Below are positions 38,671 through 52,996 of a DNA stretch of 64,000 nt, one piece after another. Both the position numbers and the translations under genes were made by a program. The DNA lies in contig OZ024746.1 in NCBI GenBank assembly GCA_964016885.1, positions 62,682,001 through 62,746,000 on the forward strand. The letters are read 5' to 3'. Origin of the DNA: Eledone cirrhosa (taxonomy: Eukaryota). Numbering within the stretch: the first letter of the stretch is position 1; each line of letters opens with the position of its first letter. Below the pieces are notes generated by a model, which did not search any database, was not told the DNA's origin, and saw nothing but the letters and a program-made list of their open reading frames with translations.

Positions 38671-39289
38671 ATGTGGCAGCTTCCTATGCCTGTTCAGCTA
38701 TTGACTAACTAACACACCATCTGACCAGTCTGATTATTCTGCTGCACTGTTGCCATGGTGATGTCTAGCTGCAAAGTTGTTGCTAAAGCAAGCACTAACC
38801 GATTTTACCTACACCTTACCTCTGTCTCTCTTTCTCACACACACACACTGCTCCTCCCTCTACACACACCACACCACACCACACTACACTACAACCCCCA
38901 CTGCCAACTTCAAACCCTCTTCAGTCACCCACCAATGAGTGGCAACACAACGGTAATAGCTTGTGTCTCTGTCACAAGTGTGCATGATGATGGTGATGGA
39001 GTTACATTCAAATAATTGTCACTCACAAGACATTGGTTAGCAAATGAAAAAAAAAAAAAAAACTATTGTCAGAGCTCTAGAACTAAGGGTAGTTTATACA
39101 CACACACACATACATACATACACATATATACACACATGCACTCATACACACACACATGTGCACACATGCACTCCACACACACACATGTGCACACAGGCAC
39201 TCATACACACACACACGTGCACACATGCACTCACACACACACATGTGCACACAGGCACTCATACACACACACACGTGCACACATGCACT

Positions 39290-39330
<41 letters not shown>

Positions 39331-39332
<2 letters not shown>

Positions 39333-39688
39333 AGGCACATGGCTTGCAATCGAAAGGTTGTGAGTTCAATTCTCAGACCGAGTGATGTGTTGTTTCCTTG
39401 AGCAAGACACTTTATTTCACATTGCTCCAGTTTACTCAGAAATGAGATGATAGGGACCCCAGTCCCTATCATTCCACTGCAAAGTGGTTGTGGAGGTGTC
39501 ATGGCAAAAAAGCACCCAGCCCACACTGTAAAGTGGACGTGGAGGTGCCACGGCAAAAATGCACCCAGTACTCACTGTAAATGAGGTTGGTGTTAGGAAG
39601 GGCATCCAGCTGTAAAAATCAAGCCAGAACCAGTTCCCGTCCCACCCTTGCAAGCAGGGAAAAACGGACGTAAAATGATGATGATGAT
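39331..39688 (+). mobile_element. SINE-A (two-unit variant, deletion in head) after (TA)n
   Basis: GGAGGCACATGGCTT|GCAATCG lacks AGTGGTTAGAGCATTGGCCTT; (ATG)n tail. Confidence 0.88.
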
Positions 39689-39811
39689 ATATAGGAATAA
39701 TAATAAATGTGAAGACTAAAATCCGAAGAGGGCTCGATAGGGATAATATATATATCAAAATATATAAACCATAGAGCAAATATTTATTAAAATAACAGAT
39801 TAAAGTTTATA

Positions 39812-40692
39812 TGAGGGTGGACTGAAATGTTCATAGGCTGACTATGAAACAGTGATGTTAGAGCTATGAAATTTTGCATGCCTTAATTTCAATTCTTCTT
39901 AATAACTGCTTTGTTTCATTTCAAGTAAACTGACATCTCACTGTTCAAAGACGACTTCAAAAGAAACTAGTAGTGACTTTTCTTGAAAATGAACAAAATT
40001 TGGCATCATGGTATTATCAAGTATCTGCAGAAAAAGGGTTTAGCCCCCCAAGGACATTCATGCTGACATGGTTGCTACATTAGGGGATGACACTCCAACT
40101 TTATCAACAGTGCAAAAGTAGGCAGGTGAATTTACGACGGGAAGGTAGAGTCTTGAAGGTGACCTAAGGTCTGGGCATCCTGCAATTGCCACCACTGAGA
40201 AAAACATTGATCGTGTTCACCACATGGTGATAGAGGACTGGCAATTGACTAAAAATCAAATAGCCAATGCTATTAGAATATCCCATGCAAGAGTTGAGAA
40301 TTTTCTGCAAAATGAACTTGGCATGAGGTTTCTGCTTGGTGGGTACCACATTTTCTGAGATCTGATCACATAATGGGAAAATTTGATATTGTTTGAGATC
40401 CACCTAGCTTCCTTGAACGTTTTCTAACTCAGGATGAGTGTTGGGCTCATTACTTTGAACTAGAGACAAAGAGACAATCCATGCAGTGGAAACTGCCCTA
40501 CTCACCTGCTCAAAAGAAAACCAAGGTCGTTTCATCTGCAGTGAAAGGTGATGACCTCAGTTCTGGGGGATGCAAAAGGCATTGTATTTATTGAATATCT
40601 TCAAAAGGGCCACACCATCAATGGAGAGTATTATGCCAACTTGCTAGGGTAGTTAGGAAAGGCTATCAAGACCAAACACCCAGGAAAACTGC
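39812..40692 (+). mobile_element. Decayed mariner (irritans/Himar1-like) 5' portion: left TIR plus transposase pseudogene
   Basis: TA-TGAGGGTGGACTGAAA start. From ATG 39989: MNKIWHHGIIKYLQKKG..RSGHP..TEKNIDRVHHMV..WVPH..RFLTQDECWAHYF..KGHTINGEYYANLL, with stops and frameshifts; ends before the second catalytic Asp. Confidence 0.88.
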
Positions 40693-41981
40693 TGCAGGAT
40701 GGGCCTGGTGGGGTGCTTTTTTATAATAGTTTACCTCAGTCTAAAACAACAACAGCAACAAAGCCAATTCCACCTAATATTTTTCCCTCAGTGTGTGGAG
40801 AGAGATTATTGATTATTCAAAAAACTACAATAATATAAACTCTATTTCCAAGTATTCAGTATTTTTACTCTGTATTTTTACATCTAAATATTACACAGAA
40901 AAATATCTACAGTCAGGAACAAGATCACATTCACAGATTAATGAGAACACACCAACACACTAACATACACCCCAACACCAACACACTAACATACATACCA
41001 ACACGGCAACATACACACATACCAACACGGCAACATACTAACATACACTCCAACACATAACCACATACATCAAAGACACAGCAATACACACACACTAACA
41101 GAAACATACACAGAGAAATCGCAGTTTGTGTGGCCACGTAACCTACTAGAAAAATATCAACTAGATTTCATTAAATACATTGCATTATTTTCTAAAAAAG
41201 AAAAAGGCTAGTGATAGCAGCCAATTCTCTTTCAAATCACCAACTATAATCTTAAAAACAGGGGCATACATCAGATAAGGTAGTCCAAGAAACATCTGAA
41301 AAACAGACAGAAATATCTATTTGATCAGATCTAACTGAAAGACTTGACAATAACCACCATATCTATGGTGGTTATATATACAAGTTTGTGAGCACAAGGT
41401 CAGCTCTCTCTGATCTAGAAGACCTGTGACCAAAAATACTCTAACCATGGCCATCTGGGTTGTTTTTTTTGTGTGTGTGTGTGGAGGGGGGAGCTGGATT
41501 TTCAGGGCTACATTATTTAAGTGCCCCCCCCCCCCTTTTTAAGAACAATAGAATGTGATTCCAGTGTCATTTGGTTGCTATTTCTAGCAAGTCAAGCAAC
41601 TGTGTAATGGCTGTGTGTTGGTATTTAACCCGTCAGCTCTGTCAGGCAGATCTTAAACCATGCAAGTCATGACCAGCATTTCTTTTTTCCTGATTCGATG
41701 CAGCATATTTGAGACCTTATCCAATATGAACAATTTTTAAGACAGTGAAGTGGGATTTGATTTTAGGATGATTTGGGTGCTATTTCTAGTAGGTCATGTG
41801 ACCACATGAGAGTTACTTCATTGACTTGTGCATATATGAGGTGACGGTATGCCGTATAATTCATTAGGTCATACACACACCAGTAAAGGCTTTGTCTTTG
41901 TTTAAAGTGTGTGTGTGTGTGTGTGTAGATGTGTGTATAGTTATAAATTTTAGTATTATCTGCCTCGTCGTCCAAGATAGA

Positions 41982-42135
41982 CAGGGCCGGATTTAGATTT
42001 GATGAGGCCCTAAGCTATTTGAGATAATGGGGCCCTTTATATGTCCAGATGTTCTATGTCAGCGACAAATTGTCGCTGTTTTTTGTGTGGGGCCCTAAGC
42101 TATAGCTTGTTTAGCTTATACGTAAATCCACTCTG
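41982..42135. mobile_element. hAT-type MITE (154 bp) with perfect 8-bp TSD
   Basis: TSD AAGATAGA at 41974 and 42136; TIR CAGGGCCGGATTTA / TAAATCCACTCTG; internal GGCCCTAAGCTAT repeats. Confidence 0.88.
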
Positions 42136-42721
42136 AAGATAGATGTAAAAAAGATGTCAATATCTCTTGCATGTCAATAAAAGTTATTGACTAGAAGGTC
42201 AATGCCCTCTGTGTGACGATTTTTAACATACAATGGTCAGTGTGTTGCATACCAGCTACCACGTGTACGATTTATAAACAAGGCTGGAGAGAATATTTAA
42301 TGGTATAGCAAACCAAAAGTGATCTAATAGTATCAGTTATTCTGGCAAGTATCAGAGATAATTCTGGACAGGTTTCAGTCTTATGAGACCTCCTCAGTTA
42401 AGCATAAACTTGTCAAATAACAATGAGAGAATCACTGTCCCACCCCCCAAAAATTAAAACAATATTTATTATTGACCATAATACTGGTAACACATCAGAT
42501 TTGGTCTGAAGCTTAACAACCACCTACCTTCTGGTATCAAATATATAACTTCTCTATCATGTCTTCCTCAAAAGAAAATTAAAGCTATATGTAACTCCAC
42601 CCTAAATGAACTCACTGACACCATGAACAACTATGATAAATACAAGATGCTACTGGGGGGAGGGGAGGGGGGGGGGGGTTGCTGTTTAATCAGAAAGGGA
42701 TGGGCTGTCCCTATGATCCTT

Positions 42722-43034
42722 TTAAGCCTTTAGCATTTAAACTGGCCATATCTGGCCAGAATTCTTTCACCTCTTTCTGTTCAAACTGGTCGCTCATACT
42801 GATGTTAAGGTATTGATCTCAAAATAAATAATTGTTTCTACTTTAGGCACAAGGCCAGCAATTACCCAGTGCATTACTGGTACTTTATTTTATCGATCCC
42901 GTAAGGATGAAAGGCAAAGTCAACCTCGGCGGGATTTGATCTCAAAATAAATAATATCAAAATTTCATAGATTCGATATTATGTACCAACAAAATCTAAT
43001 AGTATGTATAGAGTAATGTAAGGGATAAAGGGTT
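42722..43034 (-). mobile_element. MITE family 1 interrupted by 5'-truncated SINE-B (42832-42938, minus)
   Basis: 20-bp TSD TTGATCTCAAAATAAATAAT at 42813 and 42936. Confidence 0.85.
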
Positions 43035-45242
43035 CCAAGACTGGTGAGGAGGAGGAGGAAGATATCAAACTGAACTTCAAACCCTGATAACAGCATGGAC
43101 TCTGTTAAGAGCAACCAAGCACCATGTGAAGGTGTTAAATTGGGCGATGGATTAAGTCTATTAGTCAAGTAAGTCGCATTGAGATTTGACTTCAGAACAA
43201 CAAAAAGCTGGGACAAATCCAGCATCTCACCTGATGTTTTAACTATTCTGCTAACCCACTACCCTGAACTGCTACTTTATTTTACCAACCCAGAAAAGCT
43301 GTTAACCTAAGTTTGTTGTGACCTCAGAACATAAGACAGAATAAATACCAAATTATTTTCTATGCTTGAATGATTTTGTCAATGATTAAATACAAAACAA
43401 AACTTAGCAAATTAACAGCCCATGAATCATGAATTCAAATCTATTTTAAGTGTTTATTTTGTTAAATCTCTTGGGTAGAAAGAAGACTTATTTCTATAAT
43501 GTGTTTTTCTTCTCATATTTGCTGCTGTATTCAGTAAAAAATCTAGTGGAATTGTGATTATGCTTTTCTGCTTCTCGAAACTGGCAGTCCTGCTTCAATG
43601 GGATTGCATACATACATGGATATTTACACAACCACACACACAACAATCTATATATACACTAACAATACACTTATTCACAAACATGTCTTCTGTTTTCCGA
43701 CTAACATTGTTTGCTGAGCCAGAACTAATATTTCTTAACACTGAAATACAAGTTTTCTATATATTGCAAGTCAACTATTAACAGCAAGTAGAAAATCTAA
43801 CTACATTATATATTTTCTGTAATTTCTTCATGGTATTTTCTTTGTTCCATCCTGTTGTTGATATTTCTGATAGAATAAGAAGATATAAGGAAAATTGGAA
43901 GAGGCGTTAGAACATTGAATAAAATACTTTGCAGCATTCGCTCCAGCTCTCTGCAATCTGAGTTCAAAATCCCGGCAAAGTCAACATTGCCAGTACTCCT
44001 TTTAAAATAGATACTGCTGCTACTATTTCTCAATTATTATTCACAAAATTAATAATATCGTACATTGGAATTTTATTTGCACTTCACAACCAGAAATGTG
44101 GTAGTCAAGTAGGGTAGTGAAACTAAGTAATCAAAATCTAATTTTTGCTGCAGTCTTTGCAAAATTGTATTTTCATTGAATGCAGCAACTGTCACATCAT
44201 ACCTCTGTCTATATGTACAAGGCATCACATACTCTTCAAGTCTTTCACAGAAGCACTTAAATTTGGTCAAACTCTATGGAAAAATAATGATGTTGGGATA
44301 AGTTGAAATTTACAGCAAAACATAAGCTTGATGTCTCCATCATCAAAATGTGTTTTCCAAGCTGGCATAGGCTGGATGAGACTTAAAGTAAATTCTATAA
44401 CTGGATGCCCTTACTGATGCCACCATTCATTGTTAAATATGGTGCTTATTCCACAGATCTTTACACAAAGAACCATGCAGCTGCTGGGCATAAACAGCAT
44501 AAATTATTTAACTCTTCACATTCTATGCAACATGAAAATGCAGTAAGACATTCTTGAAAAGTACAATGACTGTAGCACACTAAAAGTTGAAGTTTTTAAT
44601 TTAATTAATAATTTCAAAATTTCACAAGGATCTGACAACCAGTAAAGATACTACAAACATTTGAATTTAACATACTTGTTTTTTGACATCTTCAGCTAAA
44701 TTACATTGTATATGCAATATTATTTTCATCATAACCGACTGCATCACATTAAATATTGATTAAATCAGCCCCAGTACTTGATTGGGAATTCATTTTATAA
44801 ACCCCAGAAAGCTGAAAGACAAAGTTGACCTCAGCAACATTTGAACTCAGAATGTAACAAAGAACAAATACTGCAATGCCATTTTATCTGATGTTGTACT
44901 GAGTCTGCCAACCCACTACCCTTTATCATATTAAATATCAAAGCTTTTAGTCTAATATTACAATTGTTCACAATGATACATCCACTAGTAGAGATACTAT
45001 AACCATCTGAATTAACAAACCAATTTTTAGATACGTTCTGCTAATTCATTAAAGGACAATAAGAGTGAAATAGTCTCAAAGTAAAGATATATGTAGAGAC
45101 AAACAAATACACACACCCACAATGTACAATGGGCTTTCACAGTTCTGGCAACCATATTTCTCTTACAAGGCTTAAAAATACAGTAAAACACACTTGTCAA
45201 AGAGGCAACAAATTGGCAGAGTCATTGGAACATCAGATAGAG

Positions 45243-45562
45243 CAGGGGCATGCAACAGGCAGTCTGCGGGTCACAATCCAGCCCGCCAGACCAGTCAAAG
45301 TGGTCTGCAATGACCATTTTTAATTTTTACCTTATAGACTTATTTAGAAATTCTTTTCGTAACCGTAATACAATTTTCTGTTAGTTTACCTATACTAAAG
45401 GACTTCACTGATAGGGTTATGTGTGTTATAATTTCCCAGTTTCATGTTATAGAAAGAAGTTGTGGTGAATCTTAGGAATAGTGCTTAATAAATATTAATG
45501 GCCCTAATAGTTGTTCCAATGTTCAAAAGTGGCCCGCCAATGGAATATGTTGCACACTCCTG
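45243..45562. mobile_element. hAT/Charlie-like MITE within an old SINE-B-like head
   Basis: CAGGGGCATGCAAC..GCGGG..CAGCCCGC ... GTGGCCCGC..GTTGCACACTCCTG; TSD not clean. Confidence 0.6.
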
Positions 45563-46626
45563 AGAGTGTGGTGAGGAATTTGTTTTGGCTCTCTACACTC
45601 TGAGTTCAAATCCTGCTGAGATCAATAAAAGAAGTACAAATCCTCTCTCCTTCTTGAGAAGAAATCGGTTGTGTTCAGAGCTGGAGAGGGATGAGCTCTG
45701 CCAAGTAAAAAATGCTGAAGAGATGGCACCCATACGACCCCATCATAAGTTACAGCGTTATATAAACAATTGCCAAAGGTGTCACACAGTGAGATCAAGC
45801 CCAAAACCACATGGTTGTGACAGAAATTTCTTAACCAAACAGCCATACCATACCTATGTACTAATAAGAATTCACATAATAAATATGCAAGATAAAAATT
45901 CTTGATAGATGTAAACTTTAGAGCTATCTTTAAAGAAAAAAATTGTCTATAATAAAATCAAATGAAACATAGCTACACCCAAATTCTTTTATTTAACATA
46001 CATTATATACCTCTCTCTTCATTTTATAACATCAACAGTGGAAGGATTTAATGTTAGAATACTTATAAGTAACAGCTATGGTTAATACTGTCAGCAGCTC
46101 TGATTTTGAAGAGTTTAACACATTCACTGATAATGTTTAAAAGTGGAATGGAGAATGGAGAATGACTGACTTAATGTTATAGCGTAATAGCATTCAAGAG
46201 TGTTTATCAGCAACTGTCAACTAAGAGTTAATTCATTAGAAATTTTACATACTCTAACACACCTTGGCAAGGTACATTAATTTACTCCATTACTTCCTAC
46301 AAATAAACCTACTGCTTCATGGCTGGCTTGCTAGAATCAGGAAGGGCATCTAGATTAAAAAAAAATACAAGCTACATCAATTCCACAAACTAATAAGCAA
46401 TAATGTATGTGAAATGACTAAAAGAATTAGCTCCAGTAATTGTATTACATTGCTACTAGTGTTTTAACTTGTAGATTTAAAAGGGTTGACTTATCGATAA
46501 GATTCAGTTGATGTTTGAAAGTGTTGAAAATTATACTAATTACAAAGACATTTAGGTGATAATATTTCAAAACAAATTGCAATTTTAAGTAGCTGTAAAA
46601 TATATAAAATATACATCAATTTACTG

Positions 46627-46671
<45 letters not shown>

Positions 46672-47460
46672 TATAGATATATATCATACATACACACACA
46701 TACACATATGTGTGTGTGTGTTTTGCACTTTTGTCAAATTCACCTACTGAATCAACAACTAGATCCTAATTTCTAAATATGTCTATTTCATTTACACCAC
46801 TTAGAAAAGTTGTGATGGTTATATCATTCTCCAGTGTTTTAAGCTTAAAGTTGAATGATTCTTTAAAAAAATTTTTCATAGGGTTGATATATACTCAATA
46901 CAAATGACTTTATTCATTTATTATCATATTTCTAATAAAATACACTGTATTAGACACATTTGGAGGAATTTACTAAAATTATTTCAATTATTAAGAGGAT
47001 ATTTCTAACATAACAAAAGGTTCTCATATAAAATTATGTTGGATGTTTTTAATTTAAATCAGAATCATTTAAAATAGGTGGTTTTCTTCCATAGAAGCAG
47101 AGACAGTTTTGGGAGAATTTGTATCAAAAGTGTTAAAGTTAAATACTAGATACTAAGAACACTAACTATGGAGGTCTACTTCACACAGATTCTTTTATCT
47201 TACGTATATCATACATTCTTACTACAAATATCAATTCAATGAAGTTGCTGTATACTGTGAGAAAAGAATTTGAAGCAGAGAGCCCCACCCCAACTTCACG
47301 AGAAGAAATGCAATCTCTGTTGGAAGATTGCAAAAACATTCTTCAGCTTTTACAACCATTCCATTTTTTCATTGACAAACAAAAAAAAAATTCTATGGAA
47401 AATTGACTTGCTATATATTATAAATTTTAAAGAATTATCTTCCCATTGAAATTTAACTCG

Positions 47461-47509
<49 letters not shown>

Positions 47510-48064
47510 ATTTTAAAGAACTTATGATTGTTTACATACATTATCAGATATACAGTCATGGGTCTTCAGATTTACTTACTTTGACTAAAGGAAGAAATAG
47601 GCACTTCTAGAATGTAACAGCTTAAACACTTTTGTGATCAAGTTTCTAACAAAAACTTCTTGTGTAATTCAATTAATTTTTCGAAAATATTCAAGGATTT
47701 AGAGAGGGTTCAGTAAAATAACCTAACACTTTATTTACTGGTATGTTAAGCTTTGTGCAATCATCATTGTCTTTCATCACAGTCAATGTCATCTAGCACA
47801 CATAACAACAAAGAAAACTGGTCATCTTTGTTGCTAGGTAAGCCTTACAGTGTACACTGGATGTATTTTATTTTGTCCTATATAAGAGGGTTATAAAGAC
47901 CCCAAATCCTGAAAACTGGGGTCATCTTTGTTATGTACACCTTACAGTGTACACCAGATGTAGTTTATCTTTTCACCAGATCCAGAGAGGTTGTCCTATA
48001 TGAGAGGACTATAAAGATCCCTCAACTTTTATATTTATTTGTATTAGTTACAGACATTCTAGAC

Positions 48065-48191
48065 CAGGCATGGGCAACCTTTTACGAGCTGTGGGCCACA
48101 CTACTAAAAAAAAAACAAGGCGATTTTGAAATTAGGGGTACCATTCAGAAAGCCAAACGGGCCGCATGCATTTTGCAGTTGCCCTTTACTA
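48065..48191. mobile_element. hAT/Charlie-like MITE
   Basis: CAGGCATGGGCAAC / GTTGCCCTTTACTA; TSD TTCTAGAC / TTCTAGAT with a TCTAGA core. Confidence 0.7.
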
Positions 48192-49789
48192 TTCTAGATA
48201 GTCATTCAAAACCATCTACTATGGTCCTTTTGTTATGCCACCTACCACAGCTCTTCCCCTACTAAGCGGCCTGCCAAAAGATTTATTTATAAAGCTAAGA
48301 TAGAACCTATCAGTATCCCACATTATTGATATAATAAAATTTTAGTTGTAATTTTAATCTCATCACTTTTAATATAACCCGTTTCTTCAGGTTAATGGCA
48401 TAATAGCTGAGGCAGTCTTGGGTGGTTTGGTGTTGAAAAAACATCATCCTAATTGATCCTAAATATACTGTAGCCTGAGTTTGACACCACCACTTGGCCC
48501 TTGGGTGCCTTTAGTGAAGTCCACAGTATGGCAATTATTTGAGTAGACCAGGTCTCATCTGAAGATAATTTCTTTTCTTCCAGCCTCGGGGGCTCTGAAA
48601 AGGATCATAAGTGCTAACTTCTTCCTCAAATTTAGAGATAATTTTTTTTTTTTTTTTAAATAAAACAATTCTACCAATTCAATCTACCTAGCTAGAAATT
48701 AGATATTAAAATATATCTTCACTGTAAGATATCTCAATATACTTAAGTGGTGTTGGCAAAGCAGAACCATTTTCAAGGGTGTATTTTATAAACATAATCC
48801 ATACCAGATACATTTGTGCTATTGCATATAAAATAACAAATTAAACTTGGCCCTTCAATTTCAGCTTTAATATCATTCCAGATTCCATTTTGACAGATAT
48901 TTCCTGTCTGGTATTAACCAAACCAACCTCATCAGATTAACCCATTATGCAGAAGTCAGATAATAAAACAAATTATAAAGCTCTCAATAATAAAACTGTC
49001 AAATCTAAAATTTATTAAGGCATCAGTTTTACACATTATTAAGCCAGCATGGGATGGAAAGGCCACAAATATCAACTTGTTCAGCCACAAACACCAGTGA
49101 AATATATTAGTTATCAAACACAATTATGATAACTACAATGAGATTCATTCATTTGCTGATTCAACCATTGGACTTCAGCCAGGCTGGAGCACTGACTTCA
49201 AGGCTTTCAGTCAATTATACTGACTATAATACTTTGTCTGGTACTAATCTTATTGATCTCTATGAATCAAATGGCTAAGTTTGCTAACATAGTCTCATCC
49301 CAGTTTAGGAACATAAATACCACACAGTATTTATTTCTGTTCAGTGCACTGAGTTACATGACTATACACAAACACATACACGTGTGTGTGAATATATGAA
49401 TGTGTGTACACATGCCAAACAAAGGGTCAAAAGGACTCATCATCTATGCCAAAAACATGGTAACCTCCCTAGAAGCAATGCCATGATAAAATGCACCCAG
49501 TTCACTCTTTAAAATACAGAGAAGTATGTAAATGCAATGCAGCTTCCTGAAAGGAAGCTCTAATTAAGTACTGACTTGATCTACATTGAACTGGTCAACT
49601 CTTCTTAGTAGGTAAATTGGATGTTTGCTGAAGATCACTTCTACACAGTTTTTCTAAGACAAATGAAGAAATCTTGCAACATCTATATCTTTGCAGAAAC
49701 AAAGAAACTGAGAAAGAGTTGAAAGCCAGTAGCATTGTATTGCCATTCCACAATTGCTACTACCATATCTAAAAAACATGTACCACTCA

Positions 49790-50041
49790 TAAGTTGATCA
49801 AATCACATAGGCAACAGTTGATCAAGTCATATAGACAACAGTGGATCAAGTCACACAAACAGTTTATCAAGTCATACAAACAACAATGGGTCAAGTCACA
49901 CAGGCAAGAATCAATCAGGTCACAAAAGCAACAGCGGATCAAGTCCCACAAGCTTGATTCGATCAAGTCATATAGGCAATAGTGTATCAAGTCACATAAG
50001 CAACAGTCAGTCAAGTTACACAAATAACAGTTGATCAAGTG
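49790..50041. repeat. 24-bp minisatellite, about 10 copies
   Basis: Unit approximately CAGTTGATCAAGTCACATAGGCAA; one 21-bp unit. Confidence 0.85.
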
Positions 50042-51110
50042 ATATTACTAAGTACATATACCCCCACCCCAACCAATGTTGATCCTCCAAAATTCTTTCA
50101 CTGTCAATGAATTTCCTACGGTCTTTGGCTTGCATCTATTCAAGAAGAACTTTAAGCACATTAGCCTCACTGGTCTAGAACATGCAATAGCAATGGACAA
50201 AGCCAGAATATATAAATAAATAAAAAGATAGTTGAGTGAGAAGAAAGAAGTCTGAAGGTAAAAAAAGTGGTGAGGTAGGATTTCAGGATACTGGGCCTTA
50301 CTGATACTGAAGCAGACAGAACTATCAAGCAAAATGATATGAAAGCTGTATTGCAGACTTATCCTCTCCAAACTGATACCAGCATGTAGACATGAGTGTT
50401 AAAATGTTAATGATATTGATAAGGAGGCTGTATACACATAAATAATATATTTTAAGTTTGTGTGTGTGTATATATTCAAACATTTTGAATGTCTTAAAAT
50501 TCCAGAACCATCTAACTCATGAATACAGGAATAAGATACAACCTAAAAGAAATTATCATTAATCTATCAGAGACAGACAGCCAAGATCCAGTGCTGCCAA
50601 ACTTGATTTTTAATGAAATTTGTCTTAAGAGCTAATTACTTTAGACCAGATATATAAACTAATTACACAGTAGCAATGGTATTGACAGCTTTCACTGTAT
50701 TTTGCATCAGCAACAGTATCAATGATAGTGTAGATGGGCCTGGGATTGCTTATAGTGATAGTGATGTTAAAACTACAGTATATATGTTATGAGCACAACA
50801 AATAAGTAAAAATGATGACAGTAGCTGCAATGGTGATAATGACAAGTAATAATGGTACTGATTATATATATATATATATGTGTGTGTATGTGTGTGTGTG
50901 TGTGATCATTATTGTTGTTGCACCCATTTTCCCATACTTGCTTATGCTGGATGGGGCTTTTACAACCAGATGTCCTTCATGCCAACCCTTTTAGTCACCT
51001 CAATAACATGCAGGAGTATGGTGTACCTATTTTAAAAACTGACAAATGCACATATAAATTAAGATACAAAGATACATACACATAAACTTTATATATACAC
51101 ACACACACAC

Positions 51111-51162
<52 letters not shown>

Positions 51163-51164
51163 TA

Positions 51165-51276
51165 GTGCAAGAGAGAATCTGCAGTGCAGAGACGAGAGAG
51201 ACCACAAATCATGAGAGTACTCAGTGCATGGGAGAAGCAGAATAGGTATATAGGAAGGTATATACCTTCCTATATA
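51165..51276. repeat. TA-embedded insert with terminal 30-bp palindrome
   Basis: TATATAGGAAGGTATATACCTTCCTATATA at 51247-51276; upstream AGAGTACTCAGTGCATGGGAGAAGCAGAATAGGTA resembles 26122-26160. Confidence 0.65.
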
Positions 51277-51725
51277 TATATATATATATATATATATAAG
51301 TATTTGTGTGCAAGCATAGAAAATAAACATAAAACAGATGATGATGATATATACTTATATACACATACACTATATAGTGTCAAGTATTGTAGCAGTAGTG
51401 GTATACAGTAATAGTTTGTATTGTTGTTAAAACAAAAAGAGGGAGTCAGATGATGAGTTACTTGTCTAATGTGAACAAATATTATGGAATGATTAAATAT
51501 TCTAAAATTTAGAATTATGAACTATACAGACAAAGAGGAAGAGTGACAATAAGAAAATAACAAATAAACTAGATTATGAACAGGAGACACCTTTAATAAA
51601 CATCAAGAGGAATAGCAACAATCACAGGGCCTCTCTATCTGCTCACTAAACTTGTTTGAAACAGCCAAATGTCCCTCAACCTAAAAGCTTTCTGCCTGAA
51701 AACAAGAAAAAAGATTTATAGGTCC

Positions 51726-51932
51726 ACATTACTCTATATTTACTATCGTATTTTTGTGGAAAACACTTTATCTCACATAATTATCTTACATAATATCGAA
51801 TCTACGAGATTTTGATGTTATTTATTTTGAGAACATACCTTAATATCAGTATGAGCAGCCAATTACAGCCAATTTGAACGGAAAGAAGTGAGCGAATTCT
51901 GGCCGGATATGGTTTAAATGCTAAAGGGTTAA
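51726..51932 (+). mobile_element. MITE family 1, left end missing
   Basis: ACATTACTCTATATTTACTA ... TAAATGCTAAAGGGTTAA. Confidence 0.8.
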
Positions 51933-52085
51933 TGGATACTCATGACTGAAAGGCCTTTGATGATGTTGCTTAGTCTCAGGTATGAGCTGTGACTAAACAA
52001 CAACTTAAGCTACATCCCTCTAAATCTTTCCATTTCTACACAAAAGATGACACCCTGTCACTGGAAACTACAAAAGTTCAAAAAC

Positions 52086-52315
52086 TTCACCCTTTATCAT
52101 TTACATTACTCTATATTTACTATTGTATTTTTGTGGTAAAAGGCTTTATCTTACATAATTATCTCACATAATATCGAATCTACGAGATTTTGATGTTATT
52201 TATTTGAGAACAATACCTTAACATCAGTATGAGTGGTCAGTTATGGCTGGTTTGAACAGAAAGAGGTGAGAGAATTCTGGCTGGATATGGCCAGTTTGAA
52301 TGCTAAAAGGGTTAA
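52086..52315 (+). mobile_element. piggyBac-type MITE family 1
   Basis: CCCTTTATCATTTACATTACTC ... TGCTAAAAGGGTTAA. Confidence 0.82.
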
Positions 52316-52996
52316 ACATTAATTTTATAAACCTCACTAAATTGCTAACCTGCTAGAAATCATGCAAAATAAAAAAAAATGTTTAATGTATGTGCAGTAA
52401 ATGGTCTCTAGACTCATGTAGAACAAAAACTGATTCTAACCATAAAAACTCATCTAACCAATGTCAATGTGGACAATGAACATATGATGATGATGATGAT
52501 GATAGAAAACCTTCAAAACATCACACCCTCCTATTTTCTATCAACAAATTTAAATCCTCACACCTCACACACAAACCACTGTCTCTACTACTCTACTACA
52601 CTGACATGTTAACCTTCAAACTGGCACTACAGCTAATCTTCTTTTGTGACAGTTTTGGAAATAAATTTTTTTTTTTTTTTTTTGTTCAAAATGTTTGCCA
52701 GTTGTGAAGACAGTAGAAGGTAGTTTATGGGTGATGTAGCATGGAAAGTAACTACATAAACTACATGGAGACTCCGATTTTGTGTCCAATGTAAATTATA
52801 TTGCATGTTTTAAAATCATTCTTTATGAGGACAATTATTTCTCTACAACTACCAATTCCCAATTGTAATTCTTCAGAACTAATTAGTGAGATCTAATGCA
52901 TACAAACATCACATACATACATATGAACTTGTGTCTAACTTTTCAAGTGCTTGCCAAGACACTCAATATAATCTCTCTCTCTCTTATATATATATA

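Noticed and set aside
49787-50038. Cys-rich metallothionein-like ORF or CRISPR-like array
   Set aside because: 24-bp tandem minisatellite with no unique spacers, no cas genes and no splice or start context.
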